Origin: Octopus vulgaris
Taxonomy: Eukaryota
Length of the DNA stretch: 64,000 bases
NCBI GenBank assembly: GCA_951406725.2
Contig: OX597830.1
Span: forward strand, 24,986,001 to 25,050,000
Reading direction: 5' to 3'
The stretch's first letter is position 1, and every line of letters starts with the position of its first letter. The notes under the pieces are model-generated. The model made no database searches. It had not been told where the DNA came from and saw only the letters and a list, made by a program, of their open reading frames with translations. The translations under genes and the position numbers were made by a program. Of the stretch, positions 52,775-64,000 are shown piece by piece.

Positions 52775-53600
52775 AACAAATAAAAATTTTTTTCCTTGTT
52801 CTGAAAAAAAAATCACGTTTGTTTCTTTCTGCAAAAAATTCTTCTCTTTAAGCCTAGAAGCTAGCAGTTCTGATAACTCTTTTGACAGTCCTAGGTCTCT
52901 AACTAAATCATTAAGTTCTGCCTGGCTGAAGTTTTCACGTTCTTCCGTTGATGTTTCTACAAAGTCTATATCACTGTCATGTTCATGATTTATATCTACT
53001 TCACATATATCACTTTCACCCTGCAGTGAAGGTAAATCCTTGTAAACGGATACTGGTGTTTCATCTGAGTAAAGCACTGGATGAATTGCTGAGTCCAGAT
53101 TTGGGTAACTTATTTTCTGTCACATTCTCTTGCTATAAGAAGTCTTTATGAGACAAAAGTAGCAATCGTTTGCATGGTTCTTTGGTTCCCACCGTATCAT
53201 AGGATGCCAAATTTTGTTTCCTCGAGTCCTTTGTTCATTGGCTTAGGTTTTCGACATAGGTTTTATATACATGGTACGGGCCCACGATTTATCCTGATCA
53301 CCAACTTTAATCTTTAAGTAAGCCAAGTAGGATCTTTTCACAATGTCACTAACGTTTATTCTTTGAGTTGGTACTGTAAAACATATATATAATAAAAAGA
53401 GCCAGGGGAATTCAAACATTTCAAACATGGAGCTACAGGTGGGGTCAATATGGGCCAGCCCATAGACAAAAATTCTAGACGAGAAAGAAAAAAAAACTAT
53501 TGCCATTTTAAAACTTAGTGACCCCAAATTACCCCCCCCCCAAACAGGTCTCAAACTTAGGTCAGCAGAAAAAAAAGTTAGAATTAATAATTCCTTACTG
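52775..53600 (-). mobile_element. DNA transposon 5' portion, Chapaev3-like (CMC) transposase N-terminus
   Basis: YLAYLKIKVGDQDKSWA, EPKNHANDCYFC, FSQAELNDLVRDLGLSKELSELLASRLKEKN. The superfamily name comes from memory of these motifs, not from a search. Truncated by a SINE B fragment (about 52580-52770). Confidence 0.7.
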
Positions 53601-54850
53601 CGGTTATAACAGATACAATTTCACTTTCTATTCTATCACTCATCTTCGCGCTCCCTTCTCTTACTAACAATCGTAATACTCTGTTTTGTGGAGATAATCA
53701 AGAACTGAGCTGGTCACAAGATTGTTGCCGTTATTGTTGTTGTGTATTTCTGGGTTAGGCCTGATTCAGCAGAAGCATGATCAAAAGCATCCCAAATTTG
53801 ACCATCCTGTTGTTTTATATAAGTAGGACCACATTCTTCAATGTGTCTTCCCTCTCTTTTATACTTAACAGGATGTGATATGGAGAAATCTGCTGCTATC
53901 TTTAACAGGTCAAGCGACCATGGAGAGGCTCCCTCGTTGGCTTGATCACAAGGTAGTCTATCACACAGGTTGTTGTTGCTTAGCTCCAAGAGAGCTTGAC
54001 TTGGGCAGACCAATAATCAAAAGCTTTCCGATTATGGCCATCCAATTTTGTTTTCTGTCACGATATAACAGAGTACTACATTATCCAAAGGTTTCTTGTT
54101 TTTAATATAGTAAGTGTGGTTTGAAGGAAATTTGTCGGCCATTTCTAGAAAGAATCTCTCGCATCGGTTCGTTAATTACGTATGAGCGTGTGTGTATGTG
54201 TGTGTGTGCCTGTCTGTCTGTATGCGCGCACGCGCATGTAAGCCAGGTATCTTAACTTTTAACTTAGATGATGTTTTTATATCTGTATCCTTTACAAGAG
54301 CATTACAAAAGTAAGAAAAGTTAAATGACTGCAGCCGGCCGGGAATTGAAACCGTGTTGCGAAAATGACATGTGGAAAAATTACCACTATTCATCATTGC
54401 ACGTTACAGTCATTTTCAGACCACAAAAGATAAAGATGATGCGAAAATATTTTATGTAGAAAGCTATTATATTTTTAGAACATAAGTCACTAAGATCACT
54501 TACTCCGGGACACAATCGCCTTAAAAATAAAATAAAATAAAATAAAATAAAATAAAATAAAATAAAATAAAATAAAATAAAAGAGAAAACAATAGTCACA
54601 CAGGCATGAACGAACAAAAGTATTCATTTCTCCTAGTTACTGAGATTCTTTTTCTTAAAACTGGAACGCAATAACCCCTCTAGAACTGCCCTACATTTAT
54701 TAATTTAGTTAGCTATAATATCATCTACAGTATAGGGGTCCCAAGGGAAGGTTTGTGGTCTCTTTAAAGGTGTCGACGAGTGATAACTACTTCGAGATTT
54801 TTCATCCCTTTCCTCTTCCCGAATCTAAATATGTTTTCCATGATTGGTCT

Positions 54851-54898
<48 letters not shown>

Positions 54899-55870
54899 AC
54901 TTAATTCTATCTCTTTCTTACATCAGATCTACAAAGTGATCTGGATTATGGTAAAAAAAACTAAGTTCAAAAGACACACACACACATACATTCATAATAC
55001 ATACATACATACATACACACACACACACGCACACATACATACATACATACATACATACATACATACATACATACATACATACATACATACATACATACAT
55101 ACATGTAAGTATATATGTGTGTATGTGATAGATATCCAAGTATATTTGTGGTTATCCTCTCTTGAGAAAACTATTAATTCAAATCGATAAATACATACAT
55201 ACATACATAAAGAGTCGGGGTAGATGGTTGTGAGAGAGAAGACGGGGAAAAGAAAGAAGAAATAGTGAGAGATAAAAAAGAGAAAGACGAGAGCCTATGA
55301 GAATACAAAAATAACAGCTTTCTTAACTGTATACAACAGGTTCGTCCGACATGAAGTAAATTGCTTAGTCTATTTTTACATAGAACAATAATAGTATAAA
55401 TATTTACTATTTATATGCCGTAAATATAAATATCAAATGTAATATATATTCGTGTAACGTAAATCAAACTCCTGTGTAACGAAAATAAATATACAGTTAC
55501 TGACAATACATGGTATTTATACATCCCCAGTGAAAATATACTCCCAGAGTAGAAACCATTTTATCGTAAATTCTTTAACGTCATATTCATTACCAACCCC
55601 TTGTTTTCACATGTATCCGTTCATAAGTTCACCATAAGATCCTTCAAAGATTGTTGTACGAATTTGTCAAAACACTTGGAGAGAGTATCACTTTACCCAC
55701 AGATGTGGTCCCCACAGAAGTTTTTATAGATCTTTATACTTCTTTACATTTAGTTGCATACATGGAACCGGAATTTCCCGTCAGGTTGTTTTCAACGAGA
55801 TTCAAACAATACAAATCCATATGTATATGTGTATATAAGAAATGATCCCATCATCAGTTACCTGAGGCTC

Positions 55871-56255
55871 ATCATCATCATCATTGTTCGACCGTGGTCG
55901 AGACAATGGAATTTACCATGCTACGCCAGACTTCACGGTCCATCATGGCATTACGGAGGTCCTGTTGCTGGATGCCTGTATCCCTGGAGATTACATCAGG
56001 GTAGGAGAGTGTGCGCCCTCTGGTATTGCGAGTAGATGGCTTCCAGAGGAGAAGAGTAGAAATTACTTCTTTTTCAGCTCTACAACAATGTCCAGCAAAC
56101 TGGACTCTCCTACCTTTCACAGGAGATGACACAGGTGGTAGTTTCCCATATATTTGCATTTTGGTTGGATGGCGCTTCCACGAGAGATTTTTAGCTCTCA
56201 TAAGGAGGCGAGTGTAGGTTCCATCCAGCCGCCTCTCAAGCTTCTTTGATAACGT
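55871..56255 (-). mobile_element. 5'-truncated RTE-clade LINE
   Basis: Open ORF end LDGTYTRLLMRAKNLSW...RRVQFAGHC...MMDREVWR, (TGA)n tail, perfect 10-bp TSD cctgaggctc (55861-55870 / 56256-56265). Confidence 0.9.
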
Positions 56256-56441
56256 CCTGAGGCTCGGATATATATATCAATAAGATTCAGTTGAATTAGG
56301 TACTTAATCTGAGGCATCTCGTTAGGTCGGAAAAATGCACTCACACAAGAATAGTAGTAGGATCACTGGAAATGCTTTGCTCAGTGGGTTTTAAACACGC
56401 GTGTTAAATCATTTTGAATATCCTTTATTTTGAAGTTCATG

Positions 56442-56530
56442 AATTCATCTGACGAAAACGGTTTCTATATAATGATGTAATGTTTTCGTGAATCAATTAA
56501 GGAAGTCGTTAGAAACAGCCGTAATGGATT
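56442..56530 (+). ncRNA. Type-I hammerhead ribozyme motif (Penelope/retrozyme-like)
   Basis: Stem I aattcat/atggatt; CUGACGA at 56449-56455; long stem II aacggtttct/ggaagtcgtt; GAAA at 56512-56515; short stem III c-agcc-g; GUA triplet at 56521-56523. Confidence 0.75.
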
Positions 56531-56931
56531 GACACCTGTACCGCTACTGTTATGCATTTATATGACTGAGTGAACAAATGAAAAAATGGGCACTCAGCAC
56601 ATTTATTAGGAGTTATATATAGTTGATTTGGATTTCGTCCTACTTCAAGTTTCACAGGCCCCTGGAAGAGCCCCTGTCTCGTTAGGGGCCTGCGAAACTT
56701 GAAGTAGCACGGAATCCGAATCAAACTGTTTCCTCGACTAGGTAACTTGGGGTTCCTTAGCGACAATATAATCTTCATATAATTAAGGTATGTTCGGCCT
56801 AATGAGAAGCTAGCTGGGCACCCTGCGTTGAGTAATTATTACATCATAGGATCTGCTAGCTAGGAAACATATGTAGCCTGAATTGTACCTGCTCCACTCC
56901 CTTAATTTGGATATATATATATATATATATG

Positions 56932-57510
56932 AAGAAAAAAATTATTTGTAGTATTGCTTCCCAGTAAAACAAAGCACCATAAGGTTATAGTATAAATATA
57001 GGATAGTGGTACAGCAATACACCAATATTTACTGGAAATAGCAATTGATAATATACGGCACTATAGTAAAGATTCACTGTATATATATATATACTAGCAA
57101 AAATGTTTACGAGCGGCAAACAAAAAATTACTTCTTACCTGTGAGAACATTAAATAAATGTACAACCCAGATATGGATAATCTAGGACTTAGGCTTCGAA
57201 CTTTCCAAATTACGTTTGTTAACGTAAATTTGATTAGTTCTCTTCGGCTAGATTCACCTAGACAAAATTTCAAATGTCGCTACATCAATGCCAAAATTAC
57301 TCGTCTGAACGCCTAGCCGTTAGCAAACCGAGAACAGTGAAAAAGTTTTCAAAGAAAAAATTATTAAATAGTGCAATATAGCAGTATTGCTTCCCAGTAA
57401 AACAAAGCGCTATCAGGTTAAAGTATAAATATAGGATAGTGGTACAACAATGCACCAATATTTACTGGAAATAGCAGTCCATAATATACGACGCTATAGT
57501 AAAGCTTCAC

Positions 57511-57560
<50 letters not shown>

Positions 57561-57625
57561 CTGACAAAAATGTTTGCGGGCAGCAAACATAAAAATTTTC
57601 ATCTTACCTGTAAGAAGAACATTAA
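56932..57625. repeat. Direct repeat pair (about 56932-57153 and 57352-57625) around a spacer of about 200 bp
   Basis: gtattgcttcccagtaaaacaaagc...ataggatagtggtac...tcttacctgt...gaacattaa is present twice. Confidence 0.9.
57179..57254 (-). ncRNA. Degenerate type-I hammerhead motif
   Basis: Minus strand: aatctag-CCGAAGA-gaact..long hairpin..agttc-GAAG-c-ctaa-GTC-ctagatt; two core substitutions. Confidence 0.6.
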
Positions 57626-57639
57626 GATGGAAACTTGAA

Positions 57640-57885
57640 GGAACCTGTCGTATATGTGTGTATCTTTGTGCCTGTGTTTGTTCCCCACGACCACTTGACA
57701 ACCGGTGTTGGTGTGTTTATATTCTCGTAACTTAGCGGTTCAGCAAAAGTCTCCGATAGGATAAGTACCAGGTTTGAAAAAAAATAATAAGTGCCAGGGT
57801 TGATTTATTCGACTAAAATTCTTCAAGGCTGTGTCCCAGCATGGCCGCAGTCTAATGACCGATACAACTAAAAGATGAAAGATAA
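57640..57885 (+). mobile_element. SINE family B, 3' half
   Basis: Consensus 3' motifs. Confidence 0.8.
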
Positions 57886-58019
57886 TACAAAGTCAGTGAC
57901 ATAGTGTCGCAGTTATGCCATGGCAGCATCACAAGGATTTCCTTGCTACGGGTGCAAAAAAATATTTTTCTTTGGCTACTGCGAATCTATTTCGAAACAC
58001 ATTGAAATTAATGTCCTTA

Positions 58020-59560
58020 CTATAAACTGGATCGTACAAACCACCTGAATGTCTGTCTCAAAGAAAGTAAAGTCCTTCATTCCAAAGAGCAATTCCGGAA
58101 GTTTATTAATGATGGGTGACTTCAGTCTTCCCTTTATATACTGACCAGTAAATTCTTTGAAACCAAGTAATTGCATCTCAGTAGCAGCGGTAGAAACGCT
58201 TTTTTAATTTATAATTTTATGTCCCATGCAAAATTGATGCTTGGGTCAACGATATACAAAGCAAAAGTGCTTTGCACTATGTATTAAGCAGTCATTCTAG
58301 AACTATCTATAACATATCAGTTAAGAAAATTCTTCTTTCAAACTACGACATTGTACACTATAATTTTTATTTCCAACATTCCAAGACTAAACCAAATACA
58401 ATCACTTCAGCACACCCATTTGACAATAGGGATTTGCACAAAGGAAACAGGGGAGTAATTATACGTGACCTGTCACTTGTCGAATGGTCTTTCATACACA
58501 CACACACACAGAGTCATCACTACTAGACAGATGTTTGAGGATATAGTTACGAACATACGCTCAAACCACACCCCAACACGGCAAGAGAACGAAAATAGAT
58601 GTGAGCTCCCAAGAGCGAAAACAAAATCTCATTAGGAAACTCAATAGATTAAATTTTAAAAATTAGTCTACTAAAACTCCACCGGTAACAGATGCCATAA
58701 TCGATAAGCAATGACAACGCTCGAGGGTTCAAGAAAATTAGTTTCCTTTGTGCAAATACTATCAATAATACAAGAGCCTTACAAAAATACTGGGCTATTA
58801 ACAAAATCAAATACAACCCCACATTGTCCTACTCATTGGCTCATAGTTCTCTGATTAAGGAACACAGCATGCTCCTCAATGATAGGAAAGTAATAGAGAT
58901 GCCAAAGTTTAAAATGCTGCTCTGACTTCAGGAATTATAGTGAAGTTGAATCGCTAGTAGTACTCATATAACTTCTAGAGGCTTATACAAATTTAAGCGT
59001 TATCAGTGAACACAATCACCAGCATGTCATCCTTGGACATAACTTTAAAGTATTAAAGAGAGTTGCGAATTCAAGAATAACTGACTTATTCTTTTACCTG
59101 TTTTAGTTTGCAAGTTGTGGTCATGCTGGGCACCGCATGAAGAACAACAATTTTCTAAACACCGGCTAATTTCCACACTATTTTGACATAGTTTAAGTAT
59201 TCTGGCATACGGTTTAAATATAAACATCAGATACTTTGATTTTAGTAAAGCCTTTGGCAGAATCTATCACAACATTCTGTTGTTCAAAAACGTTCGGGGA
59301 AAACTGCTGCACAGGATCAAAAGCTCTTGATTTGCATAACCCAAAATGTGATCGACGGAATCAACTCAAAGCAAACTTAAGTCATTGTATCGGTCACAAA
59401 TCTTATAATTTCTTATAAATGGCATCACAGATGTCATAAAAAAACAACAAAATGTTTTCTGCAGACGGCTCTAAAATTAAGGAAGTTATTTACGAATAGG
59501 TAACCTGTTAAAACTTCAATCTGGTCTACATACTGTAATCAAATCAACGAAAAAATAGAA
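58020..59560 (+). mobile_element. Highly decayed CR1-type LINE
   Basis: Endonuclease-like YKPP and LLMMGDFSLP; RT-like YFDFSKAFGRIYH (about 59232) and FSADGSKI (about 59455), in the expected order. Confidence 0.6.
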
Positions 59561-59677
59561 TGAAACAATATACAGCTGAGGTCCAGATAAACCTTCTATT
59601 GATTACCTTTACATGGTATCACTTTGAATACTGTTTTTTACAATTCTTCCCATATCAAATTAAGTCGGCATAACTAC

Positions 59678-60622
59678 AGATTCCTGCCCCCTACCCGACT
59701 TTGGATGATCATAACTTTCAGAAAAATGGATATTTTTTAATGAAATTTTCTACGAATATGTGTTATATAATGTAGATTCCGAATACACAAAACTTTTGGA
59801 GGAAAGTGTTTTAGGAGGGGGTGCGGTGGGGAATTTCGGAAAATTCACCGGCATCCACTTCAAGTAGTCTTAACTTTCAAGAAAATAGATATTTTTTAAT
59901 GAAATTTTCTACAAATATACTTCGGACTATGTAGATTCCGAGAACATAGGAATTTGGTGGTGGGGGGGAACAATTGGGGGTTACTTTTGAGGACCGTTCC
60001 CCACTCAGGGGTGTTTTGGAACAAGTCGTCCATATTTGTTTCATTTTCTCCGTTTTGTGCGTTTGTGCATCCGTAGATTTCTAGTCCTCACACGCATATA
60101 TATGTAATTAAAAAAGTTCAAACGTGGCATTATTCTATTCGATGTCTTTCTGTTAGAAACGCTTACACCTTTAGCTAGTATTTTTAGCATAACGAGTTTT
60201 CTGGTGACAGCTTAATTGCCTGTTGCTTCAGTAGAAATTTATGGATGCACAAACGCACAAAACGGAGAAAATGAAACAAATATGGACGACTTGTTCCGAA
60301 ACACCCCTGAGCAGGGAACGGTCTTCAAAAGTAACCCCCAATTGCTTTCCCCAAAATTCCTATGTTCTCGGAATCTACATAGTCCGAGGTATATTTGTAG
60401 AAAATTTCATTAAAAAATATCTATTTTCTTGAAAGTTAAGACGACTTGAAGTGGACGCCGGTGAATTTTCCGAAATACCCCACCCCTTCCTAAAACACTT
60501 CCCCCAAAAGTTTTGTATATTCCGAATCTACATGATAGAACACATATTCGTAGAAAATTTCATAAAAAAATATCCATTTTTCTGAAAGTTATGATCATCC
60601 AAATTCAGTGGGGCAGGAATCT
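59678..60622. repeat. Inverted repeat of about 400 bp (59678-60083 / 60232-60622) with a 148-bp spacer
   Basis: The arms are reverse complements along their whole length; each contains an internal tandem duplication with a period of about 160 bp. Confidence 0.95.
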
Positions 60623-61974
60623 TATGAAAATTGAGGCATATCAGAGAAGATTACAAAAAACATTGATGGTATCACAAACCTTGATTATTTTACATCAAAA
60701 CATTTAATACTTTGTGTGAAGAAATGTGTTGTTATCGATATCACAGCACATCAGAATGGCCTGCCGATAGCACAACATTTCTCCGAACTCACTGATTATT
60801 TTCTTTCCTCCATTTCAAATGGGGATTTTTTCCTGAAATATTACAGGACCATTAAGCAACTTATGTTAGATAATGTGGTATATTTTCTTTTTATTCATTG
60901 AAATCACCTCATATACATTGCATGGGCGTAATTTTTATAAGCCTCCAGAAGTTATATGAGTTCTACTAGCGATTATAATTTTAAATTACGTACATGACAC
61001 CCTAGATAATCCGCACTATGTTCAGAAAGCCAACCAGAAAATAATGACCCGATAGAATTCTTCTCAGAAAACCAGAGTTGGGTGTCACCTGGACAACTGT
61101 AATCTTATATTCTGTAAAGCATCTAGCAACTCCCATCACAAAATGCTTGCTTTTGTTTTCAAGAGCTAATTTTAGATAATATATCTTTGGCACCGCAAGT
61201 TCTCTCAGGAATATATTATAATGGGACGTACTGCTATAGAAATCTCATAGCTCTCTCCGAATCGTTTCGACTCGGTGGGTACGAAGGAGGTTCTCCTATT
61301 TGAATGTTTGAATGAGTAAGCGATGATATTTCCAGAAATAGAGATGAGTTCGGCACTTTCTAACAGAAAAAGTACTTGTATCAGAGCATGGATAAGCGAA
61401 TGATAAATAAGAAAATTTTTCATTATAGTAAGTATACATTCAAAATAATAGAAAGGAAGTGAGATCCTTTAAAGTAGTACTTCTAGAATTGATAAATACC
61501 AGTTAGTTATTTCGGTGCACCAAAACAGAAAAATCTGAAATTTTGGAGACTACCCCCTACCTTTTTATTAACGAGGAGATAAAATAGATTTGCATCCATA
61601 TATTTCTTTGTGTACCATGGTAATGGGAAAATTTAATAAGTTTAAAACCATCTTAATTTTATTGAACATGTCAATTTGCCCGCCCCTTTTTTCAACTTTT
61701 ACATTCTCCCCCACAAGAAATATTACGACTCGTAAAGTCTGTTGACAAGTGGTGAAAGGAACAAATAGCTTTTGTAAGAGAACTATTATTTGGGCAATAA
61801 AAAAAAATAGGATTTTATTACAATTGGTTTAGATTCACTGAACATCTTTGACATAAATCGGTAGGTTACATTATGTTTTAAAATAAAACATTCTTTTAAT
61901 ATCGGAGTATATTAAAGATTTAAGTAAAAGTTGTAAAATTATTTTCGCCGAAGTTTTTTTCTTTTTAATGACGA

Positions 61975-62269
61975 CTATTGTTTCAGTTGATCTGATCAAC
62001 TGAAGAGCCTGCTCGTGAAATTAACGTGCATGTGGCTGAACACTCCATAGACACGTGTACCCTTCCCGTAGTTCTCAGAGAGATTCAGCGTGTCACAGAA
62101 TGTGACAAGGCTGGCCTTTAAATTACAAGTACAGCTCATTTTTACCAGCTGAGTGGATTGGAGCAATGTGAAATAAAGTGTCTTGTTCAAGGACACAACG
62201 CGCTGCCAAGAATCGAACTCACGCGCTTGCTATTGTGAGCTGAATACCCGGACCACTAAGCCACGCGCC
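61975..62269 (-). mobile_element. SINE family D
   Basis: Reverse-complement head, core and family C-type tail. Confidence 0.85.
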
Positions 62270-62653
62270 GAAGTAGTTATACAGGAACGAGAGAGATAAT
62301 CAGCTTAGCCCCTTCAGTCACAAATAAAAAGGGTAAAACTATTTTTTATATTTATATTTTTTATTTATACCAAAATACAGATATATACATATTGAGTAAA
62401 TTTTTAAAGAATTCAATATTCAATGTGCTTAATTTTTGGTATGGATAAATAAACATTTTTCTAAGACTAGGTAAAAAAAAAATACCAATTTACTTACATC
62501 TGTGAGATTTACGAGAAGACGTAGTCATCCTTTATGACTTGTAAGCAAACACTGAGTCAGAATCACGTGGTCTTGGTTATATATGCGTTTTGGAGATGTC
62601 CAATGTATTGGTGACTGTGACAAAATTATATATTTTTTTTCTGTAATTTATTC

Positions 62654-62727
62654 GGAACGATAGAGAAGATTAGCATGATCCTTGCGCAAGGATGACACGC
62701 AAATTTTTGAAGCGTTCCGTATTTTTT
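62654..62727 (+). pseudogene. U6: U6 snRNA pseudogene (5'-truncated retrocopy)
   Basis: ggaacgatagagaagattagcatgatccttgcgcaaggatgacacgcaaatttttgaagcgttccgtatttttt matches the 3' part of metazoan U6. The ACAGAGA box has a 2-nt deletion and the 5' stem-loop is absent. Confidence 0.93.
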
Positions 62728-64000
62728 AAAGTACACGGCAATGCTCCAGCATGACTACAGCCGCATGGCTGAAACGAGTAAAAGAGTAATACATTGGACA
62801 AAGTGACTGAGGGGTTTAAAATTACCACCGAGTAAGATCAATTTTAACATATTATGACGTTCTGAGATAGGGGTAGGGTGGAATTTGCACCGACTATCAG
62901 TTTAAATTTCAAGGATAAGATGGGAGCTAAATGGCCTAGATATGTGAAGAACACAAGTACCCGTTGTAATTATTATTCTGAATGACATATAATTCTTCAA
63001 GAAGTCGAAAACATTCTGTGTCGGAACGTAGATCTGCGTGTGAAATTCGATAACATGAGAAGTTAATACATTTACGTTTATGCTTGTTTAAGGTCAGATT
63101 ATTATGTTGTGCAGTTTAAAAGAAATTTGAAACGTTGGTATCGTGCTCTGATTTGCTTCCCCAGAAACTAAAAAAAAATAATCCAAATATGAAGAGCAAC
63201 CTAATTAGATTATTAAACCAACATGATAATTAGGTTTATAGCCTAATTATATTTGTGTGTTGATATGTCATTATCAGCGCCAAACTCTGAGAAATCTACC
63301 GCAATTTTCTTTTCTCATCGGAATTGCCAGAACTAACCAAAGCCTACACCTTCCTCTAAAAGATTTAAAATTTCTGAATTCTTGAGGTTTGCAGTTTGAA
63401 GTGAGATTTTGAAAACGTTACTTGAATGAACATCAATAAGACAAGAAATGTATATTATATTTAAGCCTTCAATACACACCCCTCGTTTTGAGATGTCACG
63501 AAGGACTAATTACCAGATGATGTTATGGTCACAGTTTGAACAAATCATTCAAGTTTATAAAAAAGTTCGAATCTATAAGTAACTCTAATTTCTTGAAATA
63601 ATTTCAACGAAAGTATTCGAAGAATAACATCGGCATACTGTTCAGAAAGAGAAGAAATTTGTATTTTTATATATTCTGAGTTTTATAGATATTTTAGCAA
63701 TACAGAACGTTATTTCAGTTATTATTTCTGATTTTTCTGCATTAGCTATGGAAAACAATACCATACCTGTATTTTAATAATTTTTGAGGTTGAATAGATT
63801 AACTAGATTTTGATGGATGACATTTTCATATAGATATTTTGACTACCTAGTCGTTAACTTTCACCATTATGATAGAAAGTGTAAAAAGCCTTGCAACAGG
63901 AAATACCGTCCCCAGAGAAATATATCCAGATTGAGTTATCCGAAGAAATTGCATTATGTTGAAGCTCAGGAGAGTCGCATCGCCACTAGGCCGAAAGGCA

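Noticed and set aside
62654-62727. Functional U6 gene
   Set aside because: It lacks the 5' stem-loop, the ACAGAGA box is disrupted, and it carries several substitutions.

Overview
AT-rich, repeat-saturated animal nuclear DNA, most likely from an octopus (coleoid cephalopod). This is inferred from the tRNA-headed SINE families, the very high microsatellite density, and a mitochondrial insertion that reads only in the invertebrate mitochondrial code. There is no complete host gene, no prokaryotic feature and no CRISPR array, and most ORFs in the track are artefacts of microsatellites or SINEs. Retroelements: more than 30 SINE copies from about four families, a 5'-truncated Dong/R4-type RLE LINE within (TAA)n, a decayed near-full-length Tx1/L1 LINE, and RTE, CR1 and Jockey/I fragments. 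DNA transposons: piggyBac, mariner, Chapaev3-like, Helitron and MITE remnants. Other items: an nad4 NUMT, a U6 snRNA retrocopy fused to a SINE-type tail, and one plausible first coding exon (23423-23488). The most interesting signals are (i) several type-I hammerhead ribozyme folds, one with an intact catalytic core (56442-56530); (ii) two full-length copies of a ~550-bp structured non-coding element, both inside (TAA)n and flanking the Dong LINE; (iii) a SINE tail variant resembling the 3' end of the Tx1 LINE and always followed by GGTA(T/C)T; and (iv) long inverted repeats. All calls were made by eye, so the boundaries of decayed elements are approximate.
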